Positions 44,811-57,962 of a DNA stretch of 64,000 nt are shown piece by piece. The position numbers were made by a program, and so were the translations under genes. The notes under the pieces are model-generated. The model ran no database searches, had not been told where the DNA came from, and worked only from the letters and a program-made list of their open reading frames with translations. How positions within the stretch are numbered: the stretch's first letter is position 1; each line of letters begins with the position of its first letter. Origin of the DNA: an uncultured Nitrososphaerales archaeon (GTDB lineage Archaea; Thermoproteota; Nitrososphaeria; Nitrososphaerales; Nitrososphaeraceae); assembly GCA_963709405.1 (NCBI GenBank), contig CAVPXM010000013.1, positions 46,419 to 110,418 on the forward strand. The letters are read 5' to 3'.

Positions 44811-45131
44811 CTAGGATCCTACCCTTTTCATCTTTGAACCACATCTAGGACATGCAGCTTGATTGTGTTTTGTTCCACAGCTCATACAATAATAGCTTAG
44901 GGAACTGCCACCACTACCATATCCACCAAACATCGAAGAACCAGACAAGCCCATCTTTTTCAATGCTCTTTTTCTCATGTAAAAGCTAAGTAGTATAAAT
45001 ACTGCGATGATGATCGGTAATGAGAATGGAAATGGTATAAATAACGATATAGCAAGACTGATTCCAAGTGATATAGCTATCCATAATAGCTGTTGTGAAA
45101 GAAAGTCTCTATTGTTACTCAATTCATTCAA
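44811..45131 (-). CDS. Small membrane protein with C-terminal zinc ribbon
   Basis: Two TM helices, then CMSCG..CPRCGS. Confidence 0.75.
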   Translation of the reverse strand: MNELSNNRDFLSQQLLWIAISLGISLAISLFIPFPFSLPIIIAVFILLSFYMRKRALKKMGLSGSSMFGGYGSGGSSLSYYCMSCGTKHNQAACPRCGSKMKRVGS

Positions 45132-45842
45132 TCACATATAATTATTGATACCTTATTTATATTACGCCGATAATACTGTGTCAATATTGACTCATAGGAT
45201 TTTGTTACATGCATTGTATTTTTGACCATTATTTTTGTAATAATCAATAATATGACTTTCTCATGTCATTTATCTTCATGCAAACCGGAATCATCATCGT
45301 CTAAGAAAAACATGCCGATGAATTGTATTTGCTAGATAAAATCCCCAATTTCGCTCCAGTAACTCACTCCTCAGTAATATTCACGAGTTCGCGTCTCATC
45401 TTTATATTAAAAGTATTCAATTCGTTATTTCATTAAAATCACGTGTCTTAAATGGAACCTTAACTATCAATTGCAACCGCGTTATTTTCATTATTAAATT
45501 TATTTAATTCAAATAGATAAAATATTTCATAATTGCTTCGATTTATGGCTAACATCTACACAGCAATCGATAACCTAAAGAAACATCCTCATCTCCTGCA
45601 AATGAATAAAGACGCAGGCAAAATGTAACATCGCAAATAGTGTTCTATCTTGTTTACAACTTTCTTGTTAACAACAGTCTAATCTGTTCATCCAAGAATG
45701 CGTATTCTCAACCACCCTTCGTCTAACTCTATATCTTGATAATACTTTTCTTTTCCTTCCTTGCTTTAGTTTTAAATAGATATAAAAAATATGGTTTAAT
45801 TGAGGAAGTTTATGGCGTAATGAATTAACGAATTAATTCAAA

Positions 45843-46256
45843 ATGCTTAAGACTCAGGACATTCCTTTAGGATACATTATGCTTGACAAAAATACACTTG
45901 ACCAATTATGCAATCCTATTTTTACTCTTGATTCTACCATACGCTTTGTGGGTATCATAAATAAGATGGGCAAACTTGTTGCAGGAGGAATGAAACAAGG
46001 CTTAAAATCCATGGAAAATAATGAAAAGTCATTAGAACTATACATGGAATTTGTCCTTAAGAATGAGATGAATAAAGATTTTGACCTTGAATTTGGCGAA
46101 ACCATTTACAGTTTTTCAGAAAGAGAAAAAATTAAACTTGCATCATTTCCACTGGATGACAACTATTTGTTAAGAGTATCCATGGATAAAGATGGAGCGC
46201 ACAACGAAATAATTGAAAAGATATTAGAACTACTCGAGAAAAACAGATTGAAATAA
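45843..46256 (+). CDS. Thaumarchaeal roadblock/profilin-like protein (DUF6659-like)
   Basis: IRFVGIINKMGKLVAGG..DFDLEFGETIYSFSEREKI..SFP. Confidence 0.7.
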   Translation: MLKTQDIPLGYIMLDKNTLDQLCNPIFTLDSTIRFVGIINKMGKLVAGGMKQGLKSMENNEKSLELYMEFVLKNEMNKDFDLEFGETIYSFSEREKIKLASFPLDDNYLLRVSMDKDGAHNEIIEKILELLEKNRLK

Positions 46257-46378
46257 TATAGGTCCAGAGTCGTTATTTTACCGAAATATTTTGTCAGATA
46301 CGTTAATTAAGATCTCATGGCCTGCTTCTTAGTATCATTATCGGTCTCTAAGAAGGTATATTTTAGTTTGGGCCTATT

Positions 46379-46700
46379 TCAATTTTCCCGAAGCAGTGGT
46401 GACACATAAAATAATCTTGTCTGATCATTACTACTATTTGTGACAATTATTTGACCACTCATCCATGGATGAATGGTACAATAATATTGATACATATCTG
46501 GAACAGAAAAGACATAAAAATATGATTGATTTAACGTAATTATGCCAGAATTGAATTTGTGATCATAGCCATTACTTTGGTTTCCACTTGTAACAGTATG
46601 AGGAAATTTGTCTTCATTAATCCAGGTTACTTCAGATCCAGCTGTAATAATTGTATTTGAGGGTATATATCTTTCTGAAATAACTGCTCTCCAAGCTCAG
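46379..46700 (-). pseudogene. Cupredoxin (type-1 copper) domain lacking an in-frame start
   Basis: VTWINEDKFPHTVTSG..FNSG..YYCTIHPWMSGQIIV (His, Cys, His, Met ligands). Confidence 0.8.
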
Positions 46701-46933
46701 TTATTCGAATTTAGACTCTGCTGAATACACTTGACAGATGATGACTTTTTGGTGATATATCTTTACCCTAGATTTATTTACAGTCGTTTTTCCTTACTGC
46801 CTATACATGGATGGTATTATACTATGTAACAATATTTACAAATATGCACTAATCGAAACGACAGTTATGAAATCTGCTTTGATTTCAATGACTATACAAA
46901 AGTACATTTTCATTTCCGGTATGTGTTATGAGC

Positions 46934-48301
46934 TTATGGCAAACCAGGTATCTGAGGTAATTCTGGTGGTGCCTGCTCCAATGATTGGTTCTGAGTTGAC
47001 GAAAGTGATGTAATATGTCGCGCTTCAAGGGTCGTCGTAATATCCATTATTCGTCCGTTTCTATTTATCTTTAAATCTAAAGTATCCCCTACAGATTTGT
47101 GCCCATCAAGATAGTTAATTATGTCGTCAATTTGCCTGACAGGATGTCCATCAATTGCTACTATTATATCAGGTATATTGATAGTACGATTACTGTTTCT
47201 GTTTTTCAAAGCACTACTGATATTATTATTCGCATTACTCGTCTGATTCAATCCTCTTAAACCTGCTTTATCTGCAGGACTACGAGCTTGGATTGCAGCT
47301 ATCATAACTCCTTTGTAATTTTTCGGTAAGCCAGTGGTATTATACACTTCTGATGGAATTTTACCACCAGCAATTCCGAGCCAGGGATGACTATAACTTC
47401 CATTTTGAATTAATTTAGGTACTACACGAGCTATATCATCAGAAGGAATTGCGAAACCAACTCCAGAATATGTTCCGCTGTCTGAAATGATGGCGGTATT
47501 CATTCCTATTACTTGACCTTGCATATTCAATAATGGACCTCCAGAATTGCCGGGATTGATTGCAGCATTAGTTTGAATGGTATTTGCTATAGAATATCCT
47601 GTATCTGGATTTGGTAATAAACGTGCTATTTGACTTATAATACCTGTTGTCATGCTACCACTAAGACCAAACGGATTACCAATGGCTATAACTTGCTGTC
47701 CTACTTGTAGATTAGAAGAATTTGTAATTGGGAGGGAAACGAGTTTTTCATCTGAGAAGTTACCAATAAGCTGAAGTACTGCAATATCACTAAATGGATC
47801 TCTTCCCATAACCTTTGCTTGGTATGTATTCCCATCTGTAAAGGCTACATCCACCACTTTATTAGTAATATTGAAAGCATCTGGCACTACGTGATTATTA
47901 GTTACGATATGTCCTTTCCCATCATAAATAAATCCAGAGCCAAGTGCAGTACTATTTCCACTCAAGCGCTTTCCATTTATAATAATAATTTCATTGGGAT
48001 TCGAGATTGTAGTTGTTATTTGTACAACAGAGTTTTCCACACGCTTGAAGATATCCGTAAGAGATAAAGATGAGGAAGATGAAAAAGGCGGTATTTGCTG
48101 ATTTGCAGTTTGATTGGTTTGCGAAGGGTCGGTTGAAGTGAACGGGGCGATCGAATTATAGACTTTCTGTTGAAGGCCTTTATGTGCAATAATTGCATAT
48201 TGAATGAAAGATGATGGTAAAACTGCTAGACTTATGAAAGTTAGACATATTAATATTAATAACATTTTGAATGTTGTTCTGGTTAATCTTCTATTTGACA
48301 T
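46934..48301 (-). CDS. HtrA/DegP-like serine protease with PDZ domain
   Basis: N-terminal TM; GSGF, TNNHVV, DIAVL, GNSGGPL; PDZ SPADKAGL..IVAIDG. Confidence 0.95.
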   Translation of the reverse strand: MSNRRLTRTTFKMLLILICLTFISLAVLPSSFIQYAIIAHKGLQQKVYNSIAPFTSTDPSQTNQTANQQIPPFSSSSSLSLTDIFKRVENSVVQITTTISNPNEIIIINGKRLSGNSTALGSGFIYDGKGHIVTNNHVVPDAFNITNKVVDVAFTDGNTYQAKVMGRDPFSDIAVLQLIGNFSDEKLVSLPITNSSNLQVGQQVIAIGNPFGLSGSMTTGIISQIARLLPNPDTGYSIANTIQTNAAINPGNSGGPLLNMQGQVIGMNTAIISDSGTYSGVGFAIPSDDIARVVPKLIQNGSYSHPWLGIAGGKIPSEVYNTTGLPKNYKGVMIAAIQARSPADKAGLRGLNQTSNANNNISSALKNRNSNRTINIPDIIVAIDGHPVRQIDDIINYLDGHKSVGDTLDLKINRNGRIMDITTTLEARHITSLSSTQNQSLEQAPPELPQIPGLP

Positions 48302-48882
48302 TCTAAACAGAGCATTAGTTCTTACGATACTAATTTATATATATATTAGCAAAACGATTTCATCAAGATCCCTTATTTGTTTTTCATTCGATATAGATTT
48401 AGCTGACAAATCTTATAAAGTCACGAGCTTTGCTATCTAGTCATTGATGAATAATAATAATAATAATAATAATAACGATATTCAGACATAACACTATCAG
48501 CAAACCAGTCACCGGATCAGCAAATGACTCAAGAAGGAAAAGCAGCGATGTGCAAGCCTAATGAAGCTTCAGTATATGGCACCAAATCAAAAGTGTGTGA
48601 AATTCCAGCAACAACAAACAATAATACTGCAGCAAGTCCTTAACTGCAATTTAAGAACATAAAACCTCATTATTTAACTAGGGCAGATGTAGGTAAGTGC
48701 TATAATCCGACTGCGAAAATAGAAGTGTCTATCATAATGAAATTTTTATATTAAATAGATGGATCCTTTGGATCAATTCTTACATTTTTTGAGGATGCAA
48801 ATTCAAAAATCTTCTTTTACAAAAATCTGAAATGTATTTCATAAATACTAATAAGATGATAACATATTAAATTCATTCCTCA

Positions 48883-49484
48883 ATGGTATCACATGCCAAT
48901 AACGATCTCAATTTCCACGCTTATGGCTTAAAATTCATGCCAATTGTCATCATCCTTATTTTTTTAATAGTATCTACCATGTTGAATTGTAATAATGATT
49001 ACGGCCTTAAGAGAGTTGGATTGGCAATTAGCCAAAAACACCATCATAATAATAACATTAACATCATCAATACAGATAAAATAGCAATATCATCTCATAA
49101 AGCTACCACAACTAAGAAGATGAGTACTAAGCATCGTTCCAATGCATCGACAACTAGCAATGGCATGATTGATGGAGTTAATAACAATAACAAGGTAGTG
49201 ATTCTGACTTTTGGAGATACAATAAAAAGTTAAGTTACAACCGCAAAGCCGATATTAGATCAATATGGGTTTAAAGCAAGCTTCTTTATAACTTGTGGGT
49301 TTCCAGGTGAAAGCAGTAAGAATAAAGGGACAGAGCAATAACGTAATGCCACGTATGAGCTGGAATGACATATTGTCGTTACAACAAGATGGTCAGGAGA
49401 TAGAATCAAAAGGAATGACACACCGAGATCTCAATTTATTAGCTCCAAATGATTTAGAATTCGAAATAGGTGGCTCAAAACAAT
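48883..49484 (+). pseudogene. Polysaccharide deacetylase (NodB) pseudogene
   Basis: VILTFGD..*..KPILDQYGFKASFFIT..MSWNDI..GQEIESKGMTHRDL; stop, frameshift, ends at the IS. Confidence 0.8.
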
Positions 49485-50539
49485 AGATCTCTTGCGTAAT
49501 TAGCAGTTATGATCTATTAATGCTGCCTATTTTGACTGTATTCTTAGATTGAAATCCTGTTAGACTGCATCACTCTGAAGTTCAGTATACCGGATACAAT
49601 ATCAGATATGTTATTGTACCTTCTTAGTTTGTTTCTGAACTTAGTACCCATTATTCCAAACTTCTTGATCTTGCATATGGTGTGTTCTACTATCTATGAT
49701 CCTGAGTCTTGAGTGATTCTTGTTGTATCTCATATCGTCATTTGAAAGCAAGGTATTCTTTTTCTTTCTAATGGGAAATACAGACTTCACTGGGAAAGTC
49801 CTTTTCAATACCAAGATAACCAAGATCAACTATGTTGTCAACTTGTGATGAAGTTATAGTAGGATGATTGTGTTTGTAAATGTCATAATCATGTTTTCTT
49901 CCATTACTATGACCTGTCTTATGCAGGATCAAACCTTCAGTATTAACCATCAATTGTGTCTTGACAGTATGTTTCCTCTTTCTACCTGAATAGTAACTCT
50001 TTCTCTTTCTCTTGTTCTTAGGTCTTGGAATTTCCTGTTCTGTAGAGTCTATGAAAGCCTTGAATCCAGGAAAGTACTGTTCAACTTCATCTATAGTTCT
50101 TAATCTCTTAGTACGTTTGTATATCTTCTTTGGCAATGGGATACACTCCTTTAGCAAAGATTCTAGGATAGTCAAATCTCTAAATACATTGCTCTGGTCA
50201 AGATCAAATAGAAATCCCGATAATGCATATGTAATGTACAATCGATAATAAATAAACCAAAAGCATTAGAAGTCTTTCTCTTGGTTTCAGTTTAAACGGT
50301 CTACCGGCACCAACATCTCTTTTCCTCTTCCTTTTAGAAAGACGTCTTCTTTCATATTCCTCATATTTCGAGTCCATTTCTGTGCTTATTTGATCAAATT
50401 CTGGTACAGTTAGTCCAGTAAGTGACCTGAATAACAAAGGCTTTTTGCATAGTCTTCTATATGACATCAAAGAGATATCACATAAATATCCTATATGACG
50501 TCGAATATAGCTGTAAGCTTCTAATTACGCAAGAGATCT
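49485..50539 (-). mobile_element. IS5-family (ISL2-group-like) element with frameshifted transposase
   Basis: Perfect 19-bp TIR AGATCTCTTGCGTAATTAG; 3-bp TSD AAT; FRSLTGL, FIDSTEQEIPRP..YSGRKRKHTVK, DLGYLG. Confidence 0.9.
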
Positions 50540-51529
50540 AATGAACTAGAATAGACCAGGTTTTAATACAATTCAGTTAGGTGTGCCCATCCACAGGATA
50601 TAATAACGGATTTTTCAGAGGAATCATAACTGAGAGATTCATAGTTTTATTTTGATATTCACACATTACTTTAATGGACTAATAAAATAAAAACAATAAT
50701 AGATCTGTTACTATATAACCAACTCACTAATCTTAGTTCCTACCAAGCCAAGCTGAACAACTGCTTTACATGTTAATATGGGGCGAAAACTAAAAACACA
50801 TTACAGCATTTTTACAATCTACGATCGACATATTGCATAAGAATCAGGCTCCTCTATAAGAGATTCAGCTAGAATCGCCTTTCCATAGCCACACCTTTAC
50901 CAGCCTCAAGTTCTTAGCATCGGTATATCATCTATAGGATTATCTTGGTGAAATTGCTGGATGACCCAAGTCATGATTTGGTTTTCTCTATTGAGTTTTA
51001 GCTTGATTTCATTTTAGAGATTATCTGAAAACTTTCCGGTGAGTGGAAGTTTGTATTATCAAATATCAAGGCTAAATTCGATCTATTCATAAGTAGAGTA
51101 TAAATTAGTGCTATCGAGTAATACTATTATAGTTGGCTCTGTACTATGTGATGGTAACAAGCTTAATATTAAAAGAGGAATTTTATCGATGGATCAATAT
51201 TGAGTCAATTGTAATCTTATGATTAAAACATTCTACTTTATGAAAATGGTCAAACTGATTCTTACTAAGGTTTAACATGATTTGCTATTTAATATCACAA
51301 GACATCTTGATTCTTGGATTTTATTGGTTAAAAAGGAACATCGTAGATCATCCATAAAAAACAAAGGAAGAGAATGTGCTATATTTGATCTAAAATCGCC
51401 TTTGTTGATTGATGGATTAGACCACAGTTTTTGTTATGCGGTTTAATCTTTGTGCATTCCAACCGTATAATCAGCTCTAGCCTTAATTCCTTTAAATAAA
51501 TACTGACAAATCTTGCTTTACACTTATTC

Positions 51530-52211
51530 GGCTCTGTAAAGTTAAGGAAAAATCTATAGCTTTATGACTCCGATATAGGTTATGATGTGTCAAATAAGAA
51601 AGAGAACAGAACCTGAGGATATAGCATATTCTCTGTATCTGTATTTCCTTGGTCTTTCATTAAGAAATACTTCCAAAGCTGTGTCTAGATTTGTTAAAAG
51701 AAGTCATACTGCCATCAGAGACTGGATTCAAAAATATAAACCAGAGATGTTAAGTTCCAGAAAGATAGATACGTATTACTGAATTTATAATTGATGAAAC
51801 TATCATTAAAGTTGGTTCCGAATATATCTGGTTATGGATAGCCATTGAAAATGAATGATAACCGAGAAATCCTTCAAATAAGCATATCAAAAGAGAGAAA
51901 CATGTTTGTTGCAGAACGTTTTATATTAAACCTTGTAAAAAGATATGGAGAACATCTATCCTGTTTCAACTGATGGAGGTACATGGTATCCACAGGCTTG
52001 TAGATTCTTGAGACTGCACCATCACATCCATTCTCCATATGAGAAAAGTATCATAGAAAGGACGGTACAATACATCAAAGATAGAACAAAATATTTCGAT
52101 GATTATTTTCCTTGTAGAAAAAGTAAGTGTAAATTGCAACACATACAAAAATGGTTGGATCTATTTGTTAGTCATCATAACAATAATTTGTTATCTTAAC
52201 TTTACAAAGCC
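51530..52211 (+). mobile_element. IS6-family element with frameshifted transposase
   Basis: TIRs GGCTCTGTAAAGTTAAG / CTTAACTTTACAAAGCC; 8-bp TSD ACTTATTC; IIDET, TDGGTWYPQAC, IER..IKDRT. Confidence 0.92.
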
Positions 52212-52266
52212 ACTTATTCATTGGATATACTTTATAAGTAATGCCATAGTCACATATAACGAACTA

Positions 52267-52929
52267 TTGAATAGATACCTTATATCTTCTATTTTTATTC
52301 TTGCAACATTCCTGTTAATTGCTGTATTGGTTTCACCAAGAATAACTTACTATAGTAACAGATCTCCACTTTCAAAAGCAGATTCTTTAGCCTTTTTGAC
52401 AGTAAATAATTCGCATTTGCCTGCTTTCAATAAATTGATGATTTGGTTGACTCAATATGGAAGAGAAGTATTCTGGTTTATTGTGATATTGTTATTGTTT
52501 ATTTTTGGCGGCTGGGCAGGCAAGAAAACTGCTATAGTCATGACCATATCAATACTTGTTCTCATACCTCTGGGCATAATAACAAAAGATATATTCTTAA
52601 GACCCAGGCCAGCAATTCCAAAATCAGATTTTCTAATAGCTACAGATACTGATTACTCATTTCCTTCAGGTCATGCAATTATAGTATCAGCTGGTGCAGC
52701 TGTAGCCCTCGCACTATTCAGAGACACTTATAGAAAACTTACAATATCTATCCTTTTGACTATAGAGGCAGTTTTCGTATGCATTTCAAGAGTTTACGTT
52801 GGCGGTCATTATCCATTAGATGTAGTTGCCGGCATATTATTGGGAGTAGGAGTATCCTTCATATTCGTAGGCATAGCAGGACATTTAGAATCATTAATCA
52901 TGTCAATAAAGAATCATTTAAAACATTAG
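52267..52929 (+). CDS. PAP2-family phosphatase (start probably TTG at 52267)
   Basis: KDIFLRPRP, SFPSGHA, SRVYVGGHYPLDV; TM helices. Confidence 0.9.
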   Translation: MNRYLISSIFILATFLLIAVLVSPRITYYSNRSPLSKADSLAFLTVNNSHLPAFNKLMIWLTQYGREVFWFIVILLLFIFGGWAGKKTAIVMTISILVLIPLGIITKDIFLRPRPAIPKSDFLIATDTDYSFPSGHAIIVSAGAAVALALFRDTYRKLTISILLTIEAVFVCISRVYVGGHYPLDVVAGILLGVGVSFIFVGIAGHLESLIMSIKNHLKH

Positions 52930-53115
52930 TTAGGTTTGTGCTTATGTTTTAGAACGCCTGATTACTTATATAATGAATATTATGTTACAAGAGGGTAATA
53001 ATCTCCTAAAACAATGTTAGATTTTAACCAAACTTGGATAATATTCTTATTGCACTATAATCATGTATAAAATACATGCTTATATGTCTGAATTTGCCAT
53101 ATTTTTGATAGTATC

Positions 53116-54569
53116 TTGAAAAAGAACCCAGTTACTAGTTCAATGGTCAACTTAACATCTGCTGGCGAGAGTTATAATAATGCATTTTTTGAACAAAAAA
53201 TAGGAGATGTCACATCAGGATTAATTCCTTATTTTAGTAAATTGCTTTATAAAATATCGAAGGAAAATGCTTGGACTATTGCAAATTATATTGTGTCCAT
53301 GAGAATAGAAGTAAATCTGTCTGATCATTATAGACGGGACATTATCAATGAGTTGACCAATTTTTCAATTTTCTGTAACAATAGATCATTTAGACAACTA
53401 ACCAGAAATGAGATCCTAGCCTTTCTTGATAGTTTTCGTAAGCCAGAGAATGCAGATCCATTGCATAAATGGATCGGTACATATAACATCATTAGAATTT
53501 GTCTCACCAGGTTTTTTAAATGGCTATATTATCCTGACATTGAACCAGACAAGAGACCAAAGCCAGATATTATTGAAAACATCTATATGCTGAAAAGAAA
53601 AGAACAGTCAATTTACAAGCCTACCGATTTATGGACTGAAGAAGACGATATTTTATTCTTGAGATACTGTCCTAGCAAACGCATGAAATGCTATCATGTT
53701 ATTTCACGTGATACTAGTTGTAGGCCTCATGAAATTTTGAAATTAAAAATAAAAGATATTGTATTCAAAACTGCAGTCAATCGCCAGTACGCAGAAGTTC
53801 TAGTTAATGGTAAGACTGGGACTAGACATATACCTTTGGTAAATTCCATTCCATATCTTAAGGACTATCTTGACCATGAACATCCGCAGAGTGGAAATCC
53901 AAACTCAATACTCATCTGTGGGAATGGAAGGAGTCTTGGGAGGCAAATGCAAGTTGGAACTATTTATCAGATATATGACAAATACAAAGTGGAATATTTT
54001 CCAAAAGCTACTGGAAAGTCCCTCTGTACCACCAGAGGATAAGAGTAAGATAAAAGAGCTATTAAAGAAACCATGGAACCCCTACATAAGAAGACATTCT
54101 GCCCTGACTCAAAAATCTAGATTTTTGAAGGAACATGTATTAAGTCAACATGCAGGATGGTCAGGTAGGTCTCAGATGCACTTGAAGTATCTACATTATT
54201 ATGGAAATGAATCGAATGAAAGCATTTTGGAAGCATATGGAATAGTTACTAAAGATCAGAACATTATCAGACGTGTTACGACCAAAACAATGTCCTAATT
54301 GCAATGAACCCAATAAACCAGATGGCAAATTCTGTGCTAAATGTAGAATGGTCCTCACATACGATGCATATAATGAGACCTTAGAGAAGGAGCAGGAAAA
54401 AGAGACAGAAGTTCACAAACTGAAAGAAGAATATGAAAAAAGCATGAAATCTATGCGTGAAGAAATGAGTCAGCAATTTACCCAGATCCTTTCCATTATA
54501 CAGCAAAATCCTCAATTAGCATTTATAAAACCAGAAGCATTAAAACGCAATGTAAAAAATAAAGATTAG
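53116..54569 (+). pseudogene. Tyrosine integrase with C-terminal zinc ribbon, two frameshifts
   Basis: SCRPHEILKL, GKTGTR, IRRHSALT, HAGW, YLH; CPNC..CAKC. Confidence 0.88.
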
Positions 54570-55615
54570 ATCTTGTTGGTCATAAATGCCATCTCTGTCG
54601 CTGTTTTGCTATAAGCAGATAGTTGTGCAGTAGGATCAAAGTCACGAAAGTTCATTATCACTTCTCTCCAATTTTTGAACCTTTCTTCATTATAGAAACG
54701 TGGATATAATATTTGAAATATGGGATAAATAATTTTCCACAGACAATCTAACACAGTTTTTGCGGCGTCCAATAATTCATATTTATTTAGAGTTATCAAC
54801 ATCTCTTCAATATTTTCATAATTCGATCCCCAGAGACTATCGTGTAGCACATTGTTCAAAAACCCTAGTCGGTCGTACAGATAATTATCAGTGTATATGG
54901 TATCATCCGATTTAAAGCGAGATTTTTTGAAGAATGTTTTATGCAACTTAATTTGTAAGTCCTCTATTGTACTATGAATTAATGTAAATTTTTTATGAAG
55001 TATCTCCTTATCCTCAACCTTTTCATATGGTAAAAATAAATCGAATATGGTATATGGGATGAGGACAAATTTAAAAGGAGCCAGTAATGCGTTTATTAAC
55101 TTCAAATAATTTACTAAACCAATAAAACCTGTAAAAATTATATTTCTATCATCCAAAAAAGAATTTATCTTGTCTATAAGCGTGAAATAAGCCTGCCTAA
55201 ATGAGTCCAGATCTGGAAGTAACAACACTAATGCACTTTCATTATTTATAAAAAGATGTTGACTACGCCTATTTGTTTTGTCTGGCCGTATAATTATCAT
55301 ACCATGTTCTTTTTCTAGTCTCTTCATTGCTGAAAAGACCGATACCCTTGAATAACCTGGTGTTTTGTTTTTCTCGAAAAATTTTATCACTTGTGCTTTT
55401 ATAATACCAGGATTATTTTTAACATACTCAAAAATCACTCTATCTTTTTCATAAATCTCATATTCATCTACTCTAGCTTGTAGAGGTTTCAGACTTGATG
55501 CTATCAATTTCTTGGTTATTATACTATCGATAACTTCCTTTAGCTTTTCTAACTCCTTAACATCTATTACTTTGTCAGTCATTGGTATACGTGTGGTATA
55601 GTATAGTATTGTCAA
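54566..55615 (-). CDS. Hypothetical protein with probable winged-helix N-terminus
   Basis: IFEYVKNNPGIIKAQVI..SRVSVFSAMKRLEKEHGMII. Confidence 0.65.
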   Translation of the reverse strand: MTILYYTTRIPMTDKVIDVKELEKLKEVIDSIITKKLIASSLKPLQARVDEYEIYEKDRVIFEYVKNNPGIIKAQVIKFFEKNKTPGYSRVSVFSAMKRLEKEHGMIIIRPDKTNRRSQHLFINNESALVLLLPDLDSFRQAYFTLIDKINSFLDDRNIIFTGFIGLVNYLKLINALLAPFKFVLIPYTIFDLFLPYEKVEDKEILHKKFTLIHSTIEDLQIKLHKTFFKKSRFKSDDTIYTDNYLYDRLGFLNNVLHDSLWGSNYENIEEMLITLNKYELLDAAKTVLDCLWKIIYPIFQILYPRFYNEERFKNWREVIMNFRDFDPTAQLSAYSKTATEMAFMTNKI

Positions 55616-55640
55616 AGTATATTATTATTTGTAATGTATA

Positions 55641-57555
55641 ATGAAGTATGTGTCCAAAACCACCATTGTGATTAAAACTACAACAAGAGAAAAACTCCGG
55701 CATATAGGAAGAAAGAATCAGACATACGACCAGCTAATTAACGAGTTGATTAAAGGAAAAGGAAATAGCCTAGATTCGCTTGATAGCAGATTTGCAACCC
55801 TTCCATCACAGGATTTCGATGTTGATTCAAGTGTTGCACGTGCAAAGGTTATTGTTTATCAATGGCCATCGCCTGAAGAACAGGATCGATTTAGTTCACA
55901 AATTTTTAATCCTATAATTGAGGTTGCAATAGCTCCTAGAAAAATACAGTACGGTGTTAAACAAATTGAGATCATTGCATCTGTTAACTCTGCTCCAGGT
56001 GTAGATGGAGGAGAGACATTCTTCGATGGTGGAACATATGAATGGACAAATAAAGAAGGAAATTTACGAGAGGCTCGGAATATTAGAGGTATACTTAGTG
56101 AATGTGGATTTAATAGTGAAGGTAATGCAGGTTGGAAGAAAACGCCGTGTGTTATATTTGTAAACTTGATAACGCCATGCCCTGACTGGATGGGTTCAGC
56201 AGGTAAGACTCACATTAATCTTGCCCCATATCAAGATGTAATTGCCAAAATCGTTTCTGATTTGGCATATAAAATGCCTTCAATTCGTACTAATCCCGGG
56301 GCTAGTCAGCAGTATTCTGGCAGTTGGAGTACTCTTGCGGAACGTGGTGAATATATATCATATCTTAAGGATTTTCTCAGAACAAGGAAACGAGATGTTG
56401 AAGCGGATTCTTCGTTAAGAACCAGGGATAGGCTCACTCAATCCGGGGTTTGGTATAGAATTAGACCATTATTAATAAGAGATGGTTTTATGCCAAAGAA
56501 TGGCGAAAGTGGATGGGGTGCTGCTAGAAAAGGATTGACCGGAGCTATTAGTAAAACCATTAACGAGTTATGGCCAGGCGAAAATATAACCAGGGAACAC
56601 TTGGGGATTGTCGCTAAAGCTAGAGCTGTCTTATACTTCAAAGGGCAAGAATATCCAGTAACTTTTGACAGTATCAATGAGCTGGCTAGTCTTGGTACAA
56701 CGGACATGATTGTTGTAGAAAAAGAAGGTATAACCGATGTGTTACTTATGCATGCGACAAAATACAGTATTGCATTAGTTGCCACTGGTGGAATGCTTGT
56801 CGACTATGCTAAAGACCTAGCGGAGAGTGCCCATATAAATGGCATAAACGTATCAACATTATATGATGATGATCTTAGAGGAAGAGAGGCACCGGATGCA
56901 CTAAAAGAAAGAGGGCTGAATATTCCTAGGCTTGGTGTTGACAAGAGGTACTGTGAAATGGCTGCAGGAAAATGGATATCCACACTTAACTGAAAAGGAA
57001 TTATTGGAAGAGTATACGCCTGAAAATCGTAAGATCTGGAAATACGATGACTATCTGAAGACGCATAGAATCGAGTTAGATTCTATAGTTGCAGCAGTTG
57101 GAGCAGAAGCATTATGGAAATATATTGTGCACAGATTAGAAGAAGTGTTTCCAGAACCAAGAAACTACACTAATGTAATTGACGAACCAGAACCACAAGA
57201 TTACTACCCTGATGAAATGACTGAGATTATAGATTATCTTAATGAATCTGTAAAGATTGCATATGGTGATAAATGGAAGGCCATACGAGATGAGGAACTA
57301 GCAGAAGTTAAAGGACTACTGCAGACTGAGGAGAAGAAAAAAGATATTCGTGATAGACTGCAGAATACTGTTGCAGAAAATAAAGGTATAAAGAAGATAG
57401 TAAGGAAATTAAAAGAAAAATTGAAAGAGTCTGGTGTACTGCCAGATATACCACATGGTACCAAAAATAAAAACAAAGAGAATGAGGAGCCAAAGGAAGA
57501 AGAGGCGCAGGGAACAACAGGAGCAAAAGTGAAGTACAATATGTCAGCGCTGTAA
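55641..57555 (+). pseudogene. Small RHH-like protein joined to Topo VIB-transducer + Topo VIA (WHD/TOPRIM) fusion, Topo VIII-like; frameshift near 56945
   Basis: TTIVIKTTTREKLRHIGRKNQTYDQLI; IIEVAIAP..VNSAP; FVNLITP..SAGKTHI; TQSGVWYR; LGIVAKARA; VVEKEG; YDDD; RIELDSI. Confidence 0.68.
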
Positions 57556-57962
57556 ACATAATTATGTAGATAACCCAGATGAAGATGTTCTCTGCTCTAT
57601 CTGCAAGTCAGATAATAAACTAGTCCAGGAACATAGGGATAAAAGGCCAAAATCCATAAAAAAGTGGTGACAGTGACCTTCTTTGAGCCGCTTACATCAT
57701 GATATGTTTTGATCTCAAACTCCTTTAGGCTCTTATTTTACCTAATTATAAATTGCAAATATTCAACGCTTTATCAAATAACAAATACATCTAGTTAAGA
57801 TGGCTTCTAGTTAGTCTAGGCGTCACTGATTTCATGCTTATAAGTCCTGTTGGTGGGTACATTCCAGTAAGAATAGTATTGCATGATAAGTTCAAGTTAT
57901 GATGTACTTAGCTGAACGTAACTGCACGTGTAACGGTAGCAGCAGTAAACAGATGAAAGTAG

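Noticed and set aside
52099-52266. IS6-PAP2 fusion protein
   Set aside because: The called start lies inside the IS; a TATA-like box at ~52231 and TTG at 52267 give a normal PAP2
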